Shown: in pieces, positions 24,056 to 36,238 of the stretch
How the letters are laid out: every line of letters begins with the position of its first letter
How positions within the stretch are numbered: position 1 is the first letter of the stretch
DNA from: Diplonema japonicum
Lineage: Eukaryota > Protista > Euglenozoa: Diplonemea
DNA length: 64,000 nucleotides
Reading direction: 5' to 3'
Assembly: GCA_964019335.1 (NCBI GenBank)
Contig: OZ025671.1
Coordinates: forward strand, 62,001-126,000
Notes under the pieces: model-generated
What the model was told of the DNA's origin: nothing
The model's database searches: none
Seen by the model: only the letters and a program-made list of their open reading frames with translations
Translations under genes and position numbers: made by a program

Positions 24056-24786
24056 CCATTAAAGGACCGGGGGTTTTTTTTGGCCAAAAAAAGTTACAAG
24101 GACCGTCTATTTATGATCCCGGGAAAAGAAAATGCAAGAGTTTAACCATAGGAAAGTACACTACACCCTGTAAAAAACAGGGGGTAAAAAAAAGTAACTC
24201 TCTATCTCGCTCAACCCACTCAGGGGTGCTTGGGCGGAGGACATTTCTTCACAGATGTCGATTTTCTTCCAACATAGGGTCCCGTCGGACCTGGAGCCCT
24301 TGAGGATTTCTTTCTCCAGCGTCCCCAGAATTGTCGGGATTTTATCATGTCAGGTAGTCATTCTTTGTATGAAAAATCTCAAAGCACTCAGGGCACAGGG
24401 CAACATTGCACGTTTTGCAGGTGTAAAAATTGTTATTTATTGATTCTTGGCACAGCCCTGAGGTGAATTTCATACTATAGGCAAAGTCGAAGAGATTAAA
24501 GGCAAAAGGTTAACACAGGTTTGGTACGGCCGTGCACAAGAGGAACCGGATGCCGTCCAAATTTGTTGCTGGCCTCTTTTTTCGTTTTCCGCACTGTAGT
24601 CTTCCGGAATTGAACCGTGCACGGGGACGTATTTTGTGTTGCGCAGCTCAAAGAGAGCAGAAGAGCTGGTAATTAGAATAAAGATTATCCATCGCAACCC
24701 AGTGACCAGGCTGTGTGGGGCACAAAAAGTGTCATATAGAAAATATAATTTTTCTAAAGGACACTTATGTCCTCATAGTCCTTTAA

Positions 24787-24789
<3 letters not shown>
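24056..24789 (-). mobile_element. piggyBac family B, 734-bp deletion derivative
   Basis: Perfect 12-bp TIRs CCATTAAAGGAC / GTCCTTTAATGG with TTAA on both sides. Minus-strand remnants GHWVAMDNLYSNYQLF (second catalytic Asp motif) and TCKTCNVALCPECFEIFH (Cys-rich domain). Confidence 0.9.
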
Positions 24790-24817
<28 letters not shown>

Positions 24818-25165
24818 CCTCCATCCCCTCTCCAGGACAAGATTTAGGGGGGACAGCGAAGCCGCAGTAGAGAGATGCTAGATATTTCTTTTTCTTTTTT
24901 TATCCCGTACAAAATTCTCATACAACAAGGCTATTCAGGAGAGAGGAGGTATAAAAGGAAGAAAAAGAAAGAAGAAGAAGAACAGAACGAACCAACTTTG
25001 TACCAAGAATCTCTTACTTGTGCGATTCAAGTACAACTAGAGCAAATAAAGGGGAAATAGTGGGAAGGGGGGGGTCGATATTCTGTTCCCAGGCTTTTTT
25101 TTTTTTGAGTATTCTTTCTTTCTTTCTTTCATTTTCGAACCAAAAAAAAAAAAAAAAACGAGTGA

Positions 25166-25199
<34 letters not shown>

Positions 25200-25312
25200 A
25201 GTCGGCTGATTGTTTGTGCAAGCCGTTTTCACCTACAGTAGGGGTAAACGGACAAGCTGCCTCTACTCTTTTTTGCAATAACAATTCTTTTCAAAAATTT
25301 GTTTACTTGTTC

Positions 25313-25356
<44 letters not shown>

Positions 25357-25520
25357 AAGAAACAACGCCTCCGAGTAAAAATCTGGCTGATTTTTTATTT
25401 AGTATGATGTTTTTACTTTAAAACCTTGTAAGTTAAACGAGGGAAATTCGGACACCAAGAAAACTGCTGCAAAATAACGGCAGAGCAATGCTGAGTTATG
25501 TTTCAAGAAATAAAAAACAT

Positions 25521-25627
25521 GCCGAGCTCAGTGGTTATGTCGGCGCACTCGTCTCTAAGAGACGCTGGTTCAAGTCCTGACCACTGACCTACGGCGGTGT
25601 AAGCGGCCGTCAGATTCAAAAAAAAAA
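25521..25627 (+). mobile_element. tRNA-derived SINE or tRNA pseudogene candidate
   Basis: A-box-like AGCTCAGTGG, B-box-like GGTTCAAGTCC, a CGTCTC-TAA-GAGACG hairpin between them, a 3' hairpin and an A10 tail. No acceptor stem and no TSD seen. Confidence 0.55.
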
Positions 25628-26888
25628 TCTTAGAGTAAAAATCAGAATTACTTTGCATTTACTGCACTTTTTAAGCAAAATTTAGCCTGTTTTATGGTTC
25701 TGCAGAATCTCCCTCATGTAACTTTGCGGAATTAAATAATAAATAATAAGATACAAACCTTGCACCAATGTGGTGCTGATAGTTTACCTGGTTAAAAAGT
25801 CTAGATGAACCGAACCCCCGAGAGACCAATTTACTGTTAATTTTGTAGGACCCAAAGTGCCGAAATTAATTCACGTGGAGTATTGGAACCACAATATTCA
25901 ACTGACCGTCAAAAAAAAAAAAAAAAAAAAAAAGAAACCAGCATGCTTCTGCTGTCGAAATCACAGTTAGTTGAAATACCTTTTGCTGGGGTTTTGCGTT
26001 TGCCGTACCACAGAAGAAGGAGTTTCACATTTGTAGGGGGGGGGGGATTAGATTACTTTTTTTTTCTTCTTTCTCCCTTCCTTTTTCTTTTTATATATTT
26101 CATTTGCAACTAAGATACCAATAGGTCACCCAAAAAAAAAAAACTCCAAGTAAAAGACAACCCCATGTGAGGGAAGCCTCATTCTTGGTGCGGGTTCCTA
26201 TCTATAAATGCTCTCAAAAAAAAATAATTCTTTATGACTATATGATGACAAGGAGTGACAAAAATACTGGTTTCCGAAAGAAAAAAAAAAGAGACATTTA
26301 AGGGTACCTGCGGTATATGGCAGGACGCCTGAAAAGAAAAAAACCAAAAACACGGTAACTTCGAAAATTATCTCTTCTTTTTTGATATATTTCACTGGAG
26401 CAAAAAAAGAATATTAAATGGGCTTTGATTGCAACGAAGCACGAACTACAGGGCGCTCCTCGGATCAAATAAAATAGCTCATTACGCTGCCATCAACTAG
26501 TTTTTAGTCTCGACAACAATATTGTTTAAAAAAAAATATTTGGAAGTGTGCAGCGTGGTGGGTCTATATTGTGATGTTACCCTTCTGCGTCGCTGCGTCC
26601 TTATCGGCAGATGGGGTGGGGATACCTCGGGGTGGGTTCGGGGTAGGTCGGCACGAACAAAAAAAAAAAAAAAAAAAAAAAAAAAAACATTTAAACAAAT
26701 GAGGGCATTGTAGTGCAGTCAAACAAACAAAAAAATCTTTTTTTTTATTTTTTCATTTGGTTTTTACCGTATTTGTAGTTTCTTCTTTCTCAAAAAGAGG
26801 GGGGGGGGTAAAAAAAATTACACCAACAACGTATTAGGAATGATAGTATTTTTCGGAACACCTGTAGAGATGCCTGAGATATAATTTA

Positions 26889-27215
26889 AATATATGAGTT
26901 AAAGGAGGCCGGTGTTGGCGGCGCCCTGCACAAGAACTGTCTACTTGATTACAGGGGGCGCGCCGCGGCCGAGTTGTAGCTTCTTCTGCATTCCGCGTCG
27001 TGTCCTTAATGCGTGCGGTGTACAGCTCAACCCCAGCCGGTGCGTCCCGGGTAACCAAGATTCTGCGCTCGTGCAGTTTGCTGCCTGTTCGTCACCCTGA
27101 GCATCTGCATCATGTTCTTCCACTCGGGCGCTACCGGTGATGACCGACGAGGAGGTCAACAGCGAACAACACATCTGATGTTTTTCTTATATTTTTCATG
27201 TTATCCCCACCACCT
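26889..27215 (+). repeat. ~326-bp dispersed repeat, second copy at 45686-46011
   Basis: Near-identical sequence from AATATATGAGTTAAAGG to CCCCACCACCT; a deleted version lies at 27471-27553. Confidence 0.92.
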
Positions 27216-27788
27216 TTACTGACACGAGTGGGGATTTAAAAAAAAAAAGGTGGGCGGCCTACAAAAGAATCAGGTTGATAAGAGTACTGTGTCTGCCCTT
27301 GTCCAACCACAAAGGGGGGAGGAGAAGATGTGATGCACAGACAACGAAAAGGTGGATTTATTTTGGTATATATTCTTCGTTCTACGGGGGGCATTTTGGA
27401 AGAAGAAAAAAAAAAAAGAAATGGGGCTTTGATTGCAACACTAAGTGGCGTTAAGTGTGCAGCGAAGCACGAACTGTCTACTTGATTACAGGGGGCGCAC
27501 CGTTCCGCGTTGTGTCCTTAATGCGTGCGGTCTGCGCTCGTACAGTTTGCTGCTAAAAAAGAAATCTGGCATCCGTTCCATGTGCAAAACCTCTTGGCCA
27601 GTCTTAGACATGAATGTCCTTACGGCTCGTTACTGGTTTTACCCCCCTTTTCCTTTTTCCTTTCCCTAGACTTTCTTTTTTTTTATATTTGGCCATGAAG
27701 CAATCTAACACCACTTGTTGGTGTTAAAAAAAAAAAAAATTTGATAAATTTCGGTGTGCGGGTGGGTGCTCACCGTTCAGGGAGAAAT

Positions 27789-30485
27789 TCACACTAATCG
27801 GTCACCGTTCTGCGGTTGCTGTCTGGTGCCTGCGGTGGCTGTTTGTCGCGATGAGATGGACGGCATCTGGGCGAGAAACATTGCTTGGAGTCGTGCTAGG
27901 TAGGGGGCGGTTTGGCTCGAGGAGAAGAGTGGTCTCCTGTCGTAGCCGTGTGTCGTCGGGCCCCCAAGATGTCGAAGGGTGTGTACCCTTGTCTTTGCGT
28001 TGGCGGGGAAAGCATTCTTCCCACTCTTTGCTGTGCATTTCTGAATACGTCCTAAGATGTATCGCATCCTTCCAGCCTTCTCTGTGAGCCAGTCCTGGTC
28101 GTCGAGGGGTCCAGCCAAGGACTGCCGGGTGGCCTGCTCATAGTCTACTGCGAGCTCCATCGTCGTGACGGACGTCAACTTCCTACCTGCGTACCATCTT
28201 AGGCTTTTCAGCCACCTGAGGACGCTCTTCATGTAGAACATTAGGACCTTTCCCGACGCTCCGTTCGATTTCAACAGCTCCACTGTGGGCACAGTGTGCT
28301 GCTTCCCCGTTGTGATCTCATCCCACGGGTTGGTGGTGAGGATTCTGGTGCTCCGTTCAGCCGCTCTGGCGTCTCGTCTTGTCACGACATCCAACAGGTA
28401 TCGTTGCACGACTGCCGCCTGTTGCTTCGCAGCCCCCGTTGCGCCCCTTGGAATGATCCCGTGGAGGGCGGTCACTGCAGGTAGGTCACTTCGCGTCATC
28501 CCGCCATATCTTTCGTTTGTCAGGGCAGCTCTCGCTGGTGCACATTCCCATAGGGCGTGCTCCGTGACTTCTGTCGTCGTCTGGCATCGATGGTCGCAGA
28601 CGTCGCACGCAAGAGACGAGCTTTCCACACCCTCACGTTCATCCAATTGCTTCCCCCACACTCGAGGGTGTACCGTGAACACTGCACCGCTGATGATCCG
28701 CCGCAGTCTGTACGATATCAGCGGTCTCCGTGACTGGAGCTTCCTCCACCAGGCGTTCGTGGACGGACATGCACCCGCTTCCATTCCAGCAAAAGACGAC
28801 CTGCCGTGGATCAATTCCTTTGCAACAGCCGGTCTGATCGCCTGTCTTACTTCATGGCGTCTCGCACTGGGCACCAGAGCGCGCAAACCTTCAATGAAGG
28901 ACCACCCCTTGTTCAGGAAGGGTAGCCACCTCTTCAGCAAGACCCCTAGCGGCCCCCTCTCCTCGTCGTCCTCTCGCTCCCGGTACAGTGTAACAATCTC
29001 ATTGACTCGCTGCCACAGTTGTGGGGAGGTGAGGCTTTCTCGCATCAGGCAGTTCACCGTGTTGTAAACAATCTTCGCTTGTGGATATGCTGTGTGTCCA
29101 GGTAACAGCACATTGAGCACAGCCATCGGGGATCTCATCCTGAAGCGCGGTCCCCACAGGGAAGTCACCGTCGCTGTACAGAGCTTCTTCAGCTGGTTGT
29201 CAGACGGCGCAGCGTAGGTCGTACCGTATAGACAGGATGGTAGCACAGTGCCCGTCAGCATTGACGCCTTGTTCCCGAAGCTTAATGGCAATGCACCAAG
29301 CCGGGACAAACGGCCTTCGGCGGAATGTAGCTTGTCCAAACTATGTTTCCCGTTCATGTTCAGGATCACGCCAAGCGCCTTGATCCCCTTCGTCACTCTG
29401 AACGATGAGCCTGTGCACTTCAACCAAGGGCCGATCTCATCCTTCGTCGAGAATGCTTGTGACTTGTTTTCGTTAAGGCGCATGCCTGTCCGCTCGCAAA
29501 ACTCGATTGTTTTGTTGGTCGCTCTCTTGAGTACCTCGACCAAACGCGCAAGTAGGTACGCGTCGTCCGCGTACGACAGCGATCGCGAGCCAGGTACCTC
29601 AGCAATCACGCACTTCACCATCACTGACACCAGAGCGTTCACCAGGATGACGGAGATTGGACACCCTTGGAGAATTCCATTTGTCACGTGGAACTCGGAA
29701 CCCACGCCAGTAGGGAAGCGGAAACGTCTTTTGAGGCCTGCGTACATCGCTTTGAGCGGGGTCAGTATCCTCTGGTGCAAACCCAGGTCTTGCATAAGCC
29801 CGAACGCTACTTTCTGTGGCACCCTGTCGAAGCACTTGACGAAGTCCAGTGCTATGCCGTTAAGAGGGGTGTTGGTCAGCATCGCCGTCTCCAGCTGCGT
29901 GCTGAGCTCCATCAGGATGCTGTCCGTCCCGTGACGTGGTCGAAAACCATGCTGCGAGTCGTCCGCCCATTTCTCTTGCCATGGCGATATATCACGCAAC
30001 CTGGCACAGGCCCACAGTCTGTAGACCGCACTCGTGACTGTGATGGGGCGGTGGTTGAGCGGAGTCCTCTCGCCTCCCTTCGGGATCAGCGTAACCAACG
30101 CCGTCAGGAGTGCCTTCGGCCACTTCCCTGTCACCTCGATGGCGTTGAAGAGCATCGCCCACGCATCCAACAATACATTTGGCATAGCGCGAAGTTCTGC
30201 CATCCTCCACCCATCAACTCCCGGTGCTGTCCTCGTCGATTTCTTGGCCAGAACTGCTCTCAGATCAGCCCCTGTCAGTGGCTGGAGCACCATGTCATGC
30301 GTCGAGATGTATGGCCCGTATCTAGCCTTGAAGGCCTCGTACGATGGTTCTTCATGCCCTTCACCGTACATCTGGAGCACGCCGTCCCATTCCGCGTGCA
30401 TCATCCTGTCCATCTCGTCGAGGTCTGCGGTCAGCACTCCGCCGCTCTCCACTGCCTGCGCCGCTGACGTAGAAGTGTTTTTCAC
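27789..30485 (-). mobile_element. Non-LTR retrotransposon (LINE) ORF2, 5'-truncated: RT, Zn-knuckle and C-terminal domain
   Basis: Uninterrupted 898-codon ORF with APGVDG, NHRPIT, QHGFRP, LDFVKCFDRV, GILQGCPIS, SYADD and CDVC..TEHALWEC. No endonuclease domain is present. A short 3' UTR extends to ~27740. Confidence 0.95.
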
Positions 30486-30625
30486 AAAAAAAAAAAAAAA
30501 AAAAGAAACCCACTCTAAATCCCATCTAAAAAACCCTTTTTTTTTTTCTTTTTTTTTTTCTTCTTTTTTAAAAAGGAGTTAGCTATAATCCAAGGAAGAC
30601 TCTGTTGACTTCCCCACAACAAAAC

Positions 30626-30656
<31 letters not shown>

Positions 30657-32026
30657 TCCACTTCTTTTTCGACTTGCTAAAGCCGCACCCACTGGGTGGG
30701 TTGGAAGTGTCTTGAGACGCTCAAACTAAAACCTTCGGGCATAAGCATATTAGATACGAGATATAGTACAGGATATGTGACAATGGGGAGGGGCCATATA
30801 GCAACTACCTGCCAAAATATTTTAATTCTTATAATATCGGGAAAGAAAAAATCCTTGGAAGAGCCGATCGTTGTTCCTATCTTGGATAGTCTCCGCTACC
30901 CAGCAAAGATATGGGCCCAGGCCCACTAAGGTGCGAGTGTTGAAAAAATCCCGGACTTCCTTTGGGGTGGTTTGACCTTGCAGCTCGGAAAAAAAAAAAA
31001 AAAAAAAAAAAAAAAAGAAAGAAAAAAAAAATCCAACTGAACAAACCGTAACATCAAAAAATATAAGGGGAAATAGCGATCCCCCTTTTTTCTTCTTCTT
31101 TTTTTTTCTTTTTTGTTTATACACCTTGAAATTATTGGTGCTTTGTATTATTTTTCTTTTTTTTTTTTTTTTTTTTCTACATGGTCCGTTCTCTTTTTTT
31201 TTTTCTTTTCCCTTTTTCGGTATGCACCCCTGGCTTGGGGGAAAAAAATGCGACAAAATCGAGGCTTTCGTCCCAATTGGGGATAATTTTCTTGCACGTG
31301 CCTAGTCCGTGCTTTCTTTTCGGCCACCTCTGACAGTTTTGTCAGCACTCTGGCTTTAAAAAAAAAAAATTCGAACCACTTTTGCAGTGCGCTGCCTGTC
31401 ACCATTCTGCGGTTGCATCCTGGTGCCGGGCGTCGGGGTTTGCCGTCAGTTATGGATAGCTGTATGGGTAGACGAGAACAGGGGTCTCTTGTAGCCATGC
31501 ATCGCTTCTGGTGCACCCAGAAAAAAAAAAAAAAAAAAAAAAACGGCCATATTTTCTTTTTCTCTTTAGAAGAAAAAAAACGGGGCTACGGGGGAGGGAA
31601 AAGGGCGAAAAAAAAAAAAAAAAAAAAGCAATATGGATGGTGGTGGTAAAATATGTGGTGGTGGGATTGATTTGGGGCTTTTTTTTTTTTTTTTTTTTTT
31701 TTTTTCATCAACATTGCCACAACATTCAAGGTTAATGCCAATGCAGGGCTTGGGCTACGATCCTCTTGGTCGAGATTATTCTTTCTGTTCTTGCTTCATC
31801 TTCATTAAAAAAAGAAAAGAAAACCTTAAAAAAAAAAAAGCCATATAAAAATATATTAATAAACAGATGAATTGCTTTCGGAAGAGGGTCAGGGACCACA
31901 CCCCTAGCCAAAATATCGGCACAGCAATGAGGAAGGGAAAAAGGGATGGGAAATGCCTTTATGGTGGTTTATAACGAGAATAAGGGAAAGATGGGAAACT
32001 CAGCCAGGTGGCTTGGTACGATGGTT

Positions 32027-32083
<57 letters not shown>

Positions 32084-33073
32084 CTGTAAACCATGAAAAC
32101 TTGTGACCTTTCCTAAAATGCGTGCAGGTAAAAAGCTTTGCATTAACATCACATCCAGCGGTGACCGCAAATCAGCCTCCAAAGATGGTTATGGGAGTTC
32201 GCAAGCGATCAGCATGACATTGTACCAGCCAGAAAGTGGAAGTCGCCAGCTGTCTCCCTCTGTAGCACCCTCGTTGCCGTGAAATAAGTAGGGTTTCTAC
32301 TGCTTATCAAGAAGCCCATACAGCAGGGGAATTGCACAACCAGGTATCGTCTTGGTTTACAGCACCGGGTAAATAAATAAAATAAAATTAAAAAAAAAAA
32401 AAAAAAAGAGAGAGAAGGAGGGATTTTATTTTTCGTAAAAATAAAAAAAAAAAAAAAAAAAAATGAATGTTAAGAAGAGGTTGGCGCGGCAATAGGTCCT
32501 GCATATGACGAAAGAGTGACTCAGAAGTTTAATTTTGTGAGCTCTCGTTTCATCTTTTTTTTCTTTTCTTTTTTTTTTTTTGTGAGCCCTCCAGTTAGCT
32601 TAACAAAACAGTTTTTTTTTTCCTTCATTTTTCTTTTTCTTTTTTCTTCTTTTTACAAAAAAGGTGGTAATAGTGATAGATGGTGGTAAAATAACAAACA
32701 AGAAGAATGGGAAAACCCAGATTTACAGATAGCATCACTATTTTTCCCTTTAAAAAAAAGGAGGGAATACCCACAGAACGTAAGCCTTCCACCCCCTTTT
32801 TTCCCCCATATATTTCTTTTTGAAAGGAGGGGGACAGGGAACACTCCTATGAAGCCAAGGGGGAAGGGAAGGGCCGAAAAGGTCGTTTTCGGCATTTTCT
32901 TCTTTCCTTTCGACAGAACCTCGCCCTTACTCCCCTTAGCTATTCTTTTCTCTTTTCATTTTCGGCTTTCTTTAAAAAAAAAAGAAAGCATGGAGGTAGA
33001 GGTACAAGGAGCATAGGGTTTTCTTTTTTTTCCGCGTGTTCTTTGTAAATGAAAAACAGGGGAGGGAGGGAAA

Positions 33074-33195
33074 GGGAGGGAGGGAGGGAGGGAGGGAGAG
33101 GGAGAGGGAGAGGGAGAGGGAGAGGGAGAGGGAGAGGGAGAGGGAGAGGGAGAGGGAGAGGGAGAGGGAGAGGGAGAGGGAGAGGGAGAGGGAGA
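33074..33195 (+). repeat. (GGGA)n / (GGGAGA)n purine microsatellite
   Basis: Directly visible tandem array. Confidence 0.95.
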
Positions 33196-33571
33196 TCAAA
33201 AAATGACCACATGTCCTACATGGACGGAAGGAAAGAAGGGAAGGTAAAAAAAAAAAAAAAGAAGAAGACAACAAAAAAAATAAAAACAGTGGTCCGGAAA
33301 CATGGTTCACCCTGGTTAAGGGTGAGCATCACTATTTTTCTTTTTTTTTTTTTTTCTTTCGTTTCTTCTTTGCTCTCTTTTTTCTTTCTTCTTCTCATTC
33401 CTCTTTTTTTTTTTCACTTTCATTTCTTGTTCTTCTTTTTAAACACCCGACCCGAAAAAAAAAAAGAGAAAAGAAAAAGAAAAAAAAAAGAAGAAAGAAG
33501 AAGAAAATAACTGCAGTGCGTGATAAGCATCACGCACCTGGAATCCTTCCCTCCCTTCACCCACCATTTTC

Positions 33572-33770
33572 TTAATTCACGATCCAGGTGCCTCTCATGG
33601 GGGCCTGCACTGCTTGTTGGACGGGAACGGAAAAGTACTGCACCTGAGGAGCAGGGACTTGCTGGATGACAGTCTGTACCTGTGGGACCTGCTGTAGAAC
33701 ATATTGGACGACAGGACTCTGTGCAGGAGGTTGGTACACAACAAAGTACTGTTGTTGTTGTTGTTGTTGC

Positions 33771-33810
<40 letters not shown>

Positions 33811-34273
33811 GCTGTTGCTCCTGCGGCTGTTGCTGGGGCTGTACGGCCTGCTGACGGCGAGGCGAAGGATCGAAAATGGGGCGAGTTCCCGGTTCAGGGC
33901 ATCCCAGAATCTTTATGTCTCTAGCCTGTGGCATCCCGACCTGGTTCAAATCTACTCTGAACTGAACGCGTGTACCATTAGACAAGCCCTTTGCCTGTGC
34001 CCTGTGCAGGAAGACGTCCCTCCCAAAGGCTGTTGTTGCTGTCTCGCATGAGATGAATCCAAACCCAGTATCACTATTGAAAGACTTCACAAACCCCTCC
34101 AGCCTGCAGCCGGCGCCTAGCCCGCCAAACGCCACATCGAGCTCCACACACTTCGTGTTCCCCTTGTGGGACTGCTCGTCCCCTTCGCTGCTGCTGTCTG
34201 TGTTGCTGCTGCTGCTACCCTCCCAGCCCCTTGTTACAATCCCACTGGGTGGCTCGTTGTAGATAGTTTTCAT
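33572..34273 (-). CDS. Cold-shock domain protein with polyQ (paralogue 2)
   Basis: GFVKSFNSDTGFGFI, RDVFLH, GTRVQF...GMPQARDI, then a (CAA)n-encoded polyQ. Confidence 0.9.
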
Positions 34274-36238
34274 TTTTTTCTTTTATATTTCTCTTTTCCT
34301 TTTTTTTTTTTAAAAGAACAGAAGGAAACAAAAAAACAAACCAAAAAACACCCACGATGCAAAAGAAAAAAAAAGAAGAAACACAAAAAAAAAAAAAAAA
34401 GCACTCTTTTTTTCTCTTTCGGTGATCAAAGGAGCAAAAAACTTCTTCTTTTTTTCTTTTTTCTTTCCCTCTCTTCTTTCTTCTCTCGTCTGACGCTTCG
34501 TGCAGTAGGGGTGGGAGTGTATGTATTCTCATTACTATAAACGGCTGGGGAAAAAAAAAAGGGGGGGTTAAAAAAAAAAGGTGTCTGTGTGGCCAAAAAA
34601 AAAATTCGATCTTTCGTACCGCGCCACCTTTCAGACATGGCGTGCCTGGTCCCAGGGTGGGGGACATCGTTTTCTTTTTTTTCCAGAAAAAGAAACACGG
34701 TTTTAGAGCCCATGGAAGGGGTCGTGTTTTTAAAAAAGAATGCTGCATCGAAGAAGAAAAAAAAACAAATAATTGGGGAAATGCTCCCTATCACTGTGAT
34801 GGGGGGGGGGGGGGGGGAGTGTTGCAGCCACTAAAGAAAAAAAAACACCTGTATACATACACTTCGAGGACCTAAGGGTTTTCTTTTGTTTCTTATTCTT
34901 TCTTTTCTTTTTTTTTTTTAAACCCCTCAATTTTATAGTGTATTAAAATGGAGTCTCTTCCTAACGTCACAAGGGGAGGCGGAGTAGAACCAAAAATGAA
35001 TGAAGTGAAAAAAAAAAAAAAAAAAAAAAATGACATTACCGATTGACATAAAAGAAAAAGAAGAAGAAAACCAAAAGGGAAACGTTGGTAGTGTGAAAAC
35101 CTGATTTCACTTGTTACCACCCCGCGAAAGGAGAAAAAAAAAAATATATATATATATGAGCTCGTCCGGGAAAAAAATGTCCACAAAGTCCGACACCACC
35201 TTGTGCGTAGAACTGCGGTCTAAGCAGGTCACAATGCTCGCTGTTTTGTTTTATTTTTAAAACGCTTGCAAGAACATGCTTTTTCTGTTGGCTTTTGGCG
35301 TTTAGAAATTACAGATAACCCAGGCCTCATTTTTTTTATTTTAGTTCTTCCGTGAAAAGCGACAGGAGGAATGGACGCAGATTGAAAATCTGTGAAACCT
35401 TTGGGGTCATTTTGGGGTGCGCTTGATCACCACTCTTAAGCACCCTAGATGCTGCATTGTAAGAAATAAAATTGCATTTTAAACATTTTCCACCGTTTTT
35501 CTGACCTTTGTTTTTCGCTTCCCGGGTAGATTCTGCCACCCTCATGGCAAAACAAGCATCGCAATTGAAAGAACGGACCATACATGGTTGCATGCTGCCC
35601 TGTGAACATTTTAATCCGGAGGAGCTCATAAAAAAAAAATGCATTATTTTCTTTGTTTTTTTCCTTCCTTCCTTTATTCTTTTTTTTTTAATTTAAATTT
35701 TAGCACAAAAAAAAAAATCCCTTGCTAGTAAAGAGAGAAAATAATTCGAAAGCTTTAAAAAAAAAAATGGTTACAGCTCCTTTGTTTCTGTTCCCCCGGC
35801 ATTATCTGCCCCTAAGTATCTCATAAAGAACGAAACTCTTTTCTTTTCCTTCTTTTCTCTTTTTTGGTATCTTTGCCAGCTTCTCCAACAACTCAAAAGG
35901 CAAAAGAAATATTCCTCATTTGTTTGACAAGTCAGGAACTCGTTTAAAAAAAAAGGGGGGGGAAAGGGGGCCAAAGGGCTAAAATTTCTTTTTACGCTGT
36001 TTTCTTTCTTTGTTCAAAATCACAACAACCGCAGCACACGCATAGCTACCCGGCTTTAACCCTCATGTAACAAGAGGGGTGGAGGGGAGAGGGAAGAAAT
36101 TTCGCTTTTTCTTTTTTCCTTTTTCTTTAAAAATAAGTATTCGCTTTTATCTTTCCCCCTAGTTCTCTTCTTGTTAAAAAAAATCCCCTTCCTAAAGAAG
36201 AAAAAAAAAACAGAACTTGAAACTTCAGCACCTCCACC

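Noticed and set aside
24470-24697. Apparent secreted peptide (MRWIIFILITSSSA) as cargo in the piggyBac derivative
   Set aside because: It starts at TTG and is an alternative frame of the transposase remnant GHWVAMDNLYS.
25521-25600. Functional tRNA gene
   Set aside because: No 7-bp acceptor stem, and the anticodon-like loop is only 3 nt.
32940-33510. RG/LP/SL dipeptide-repeat ORFs
   Set aside because: These are frames of the (GGGAGA)n microsatellite.
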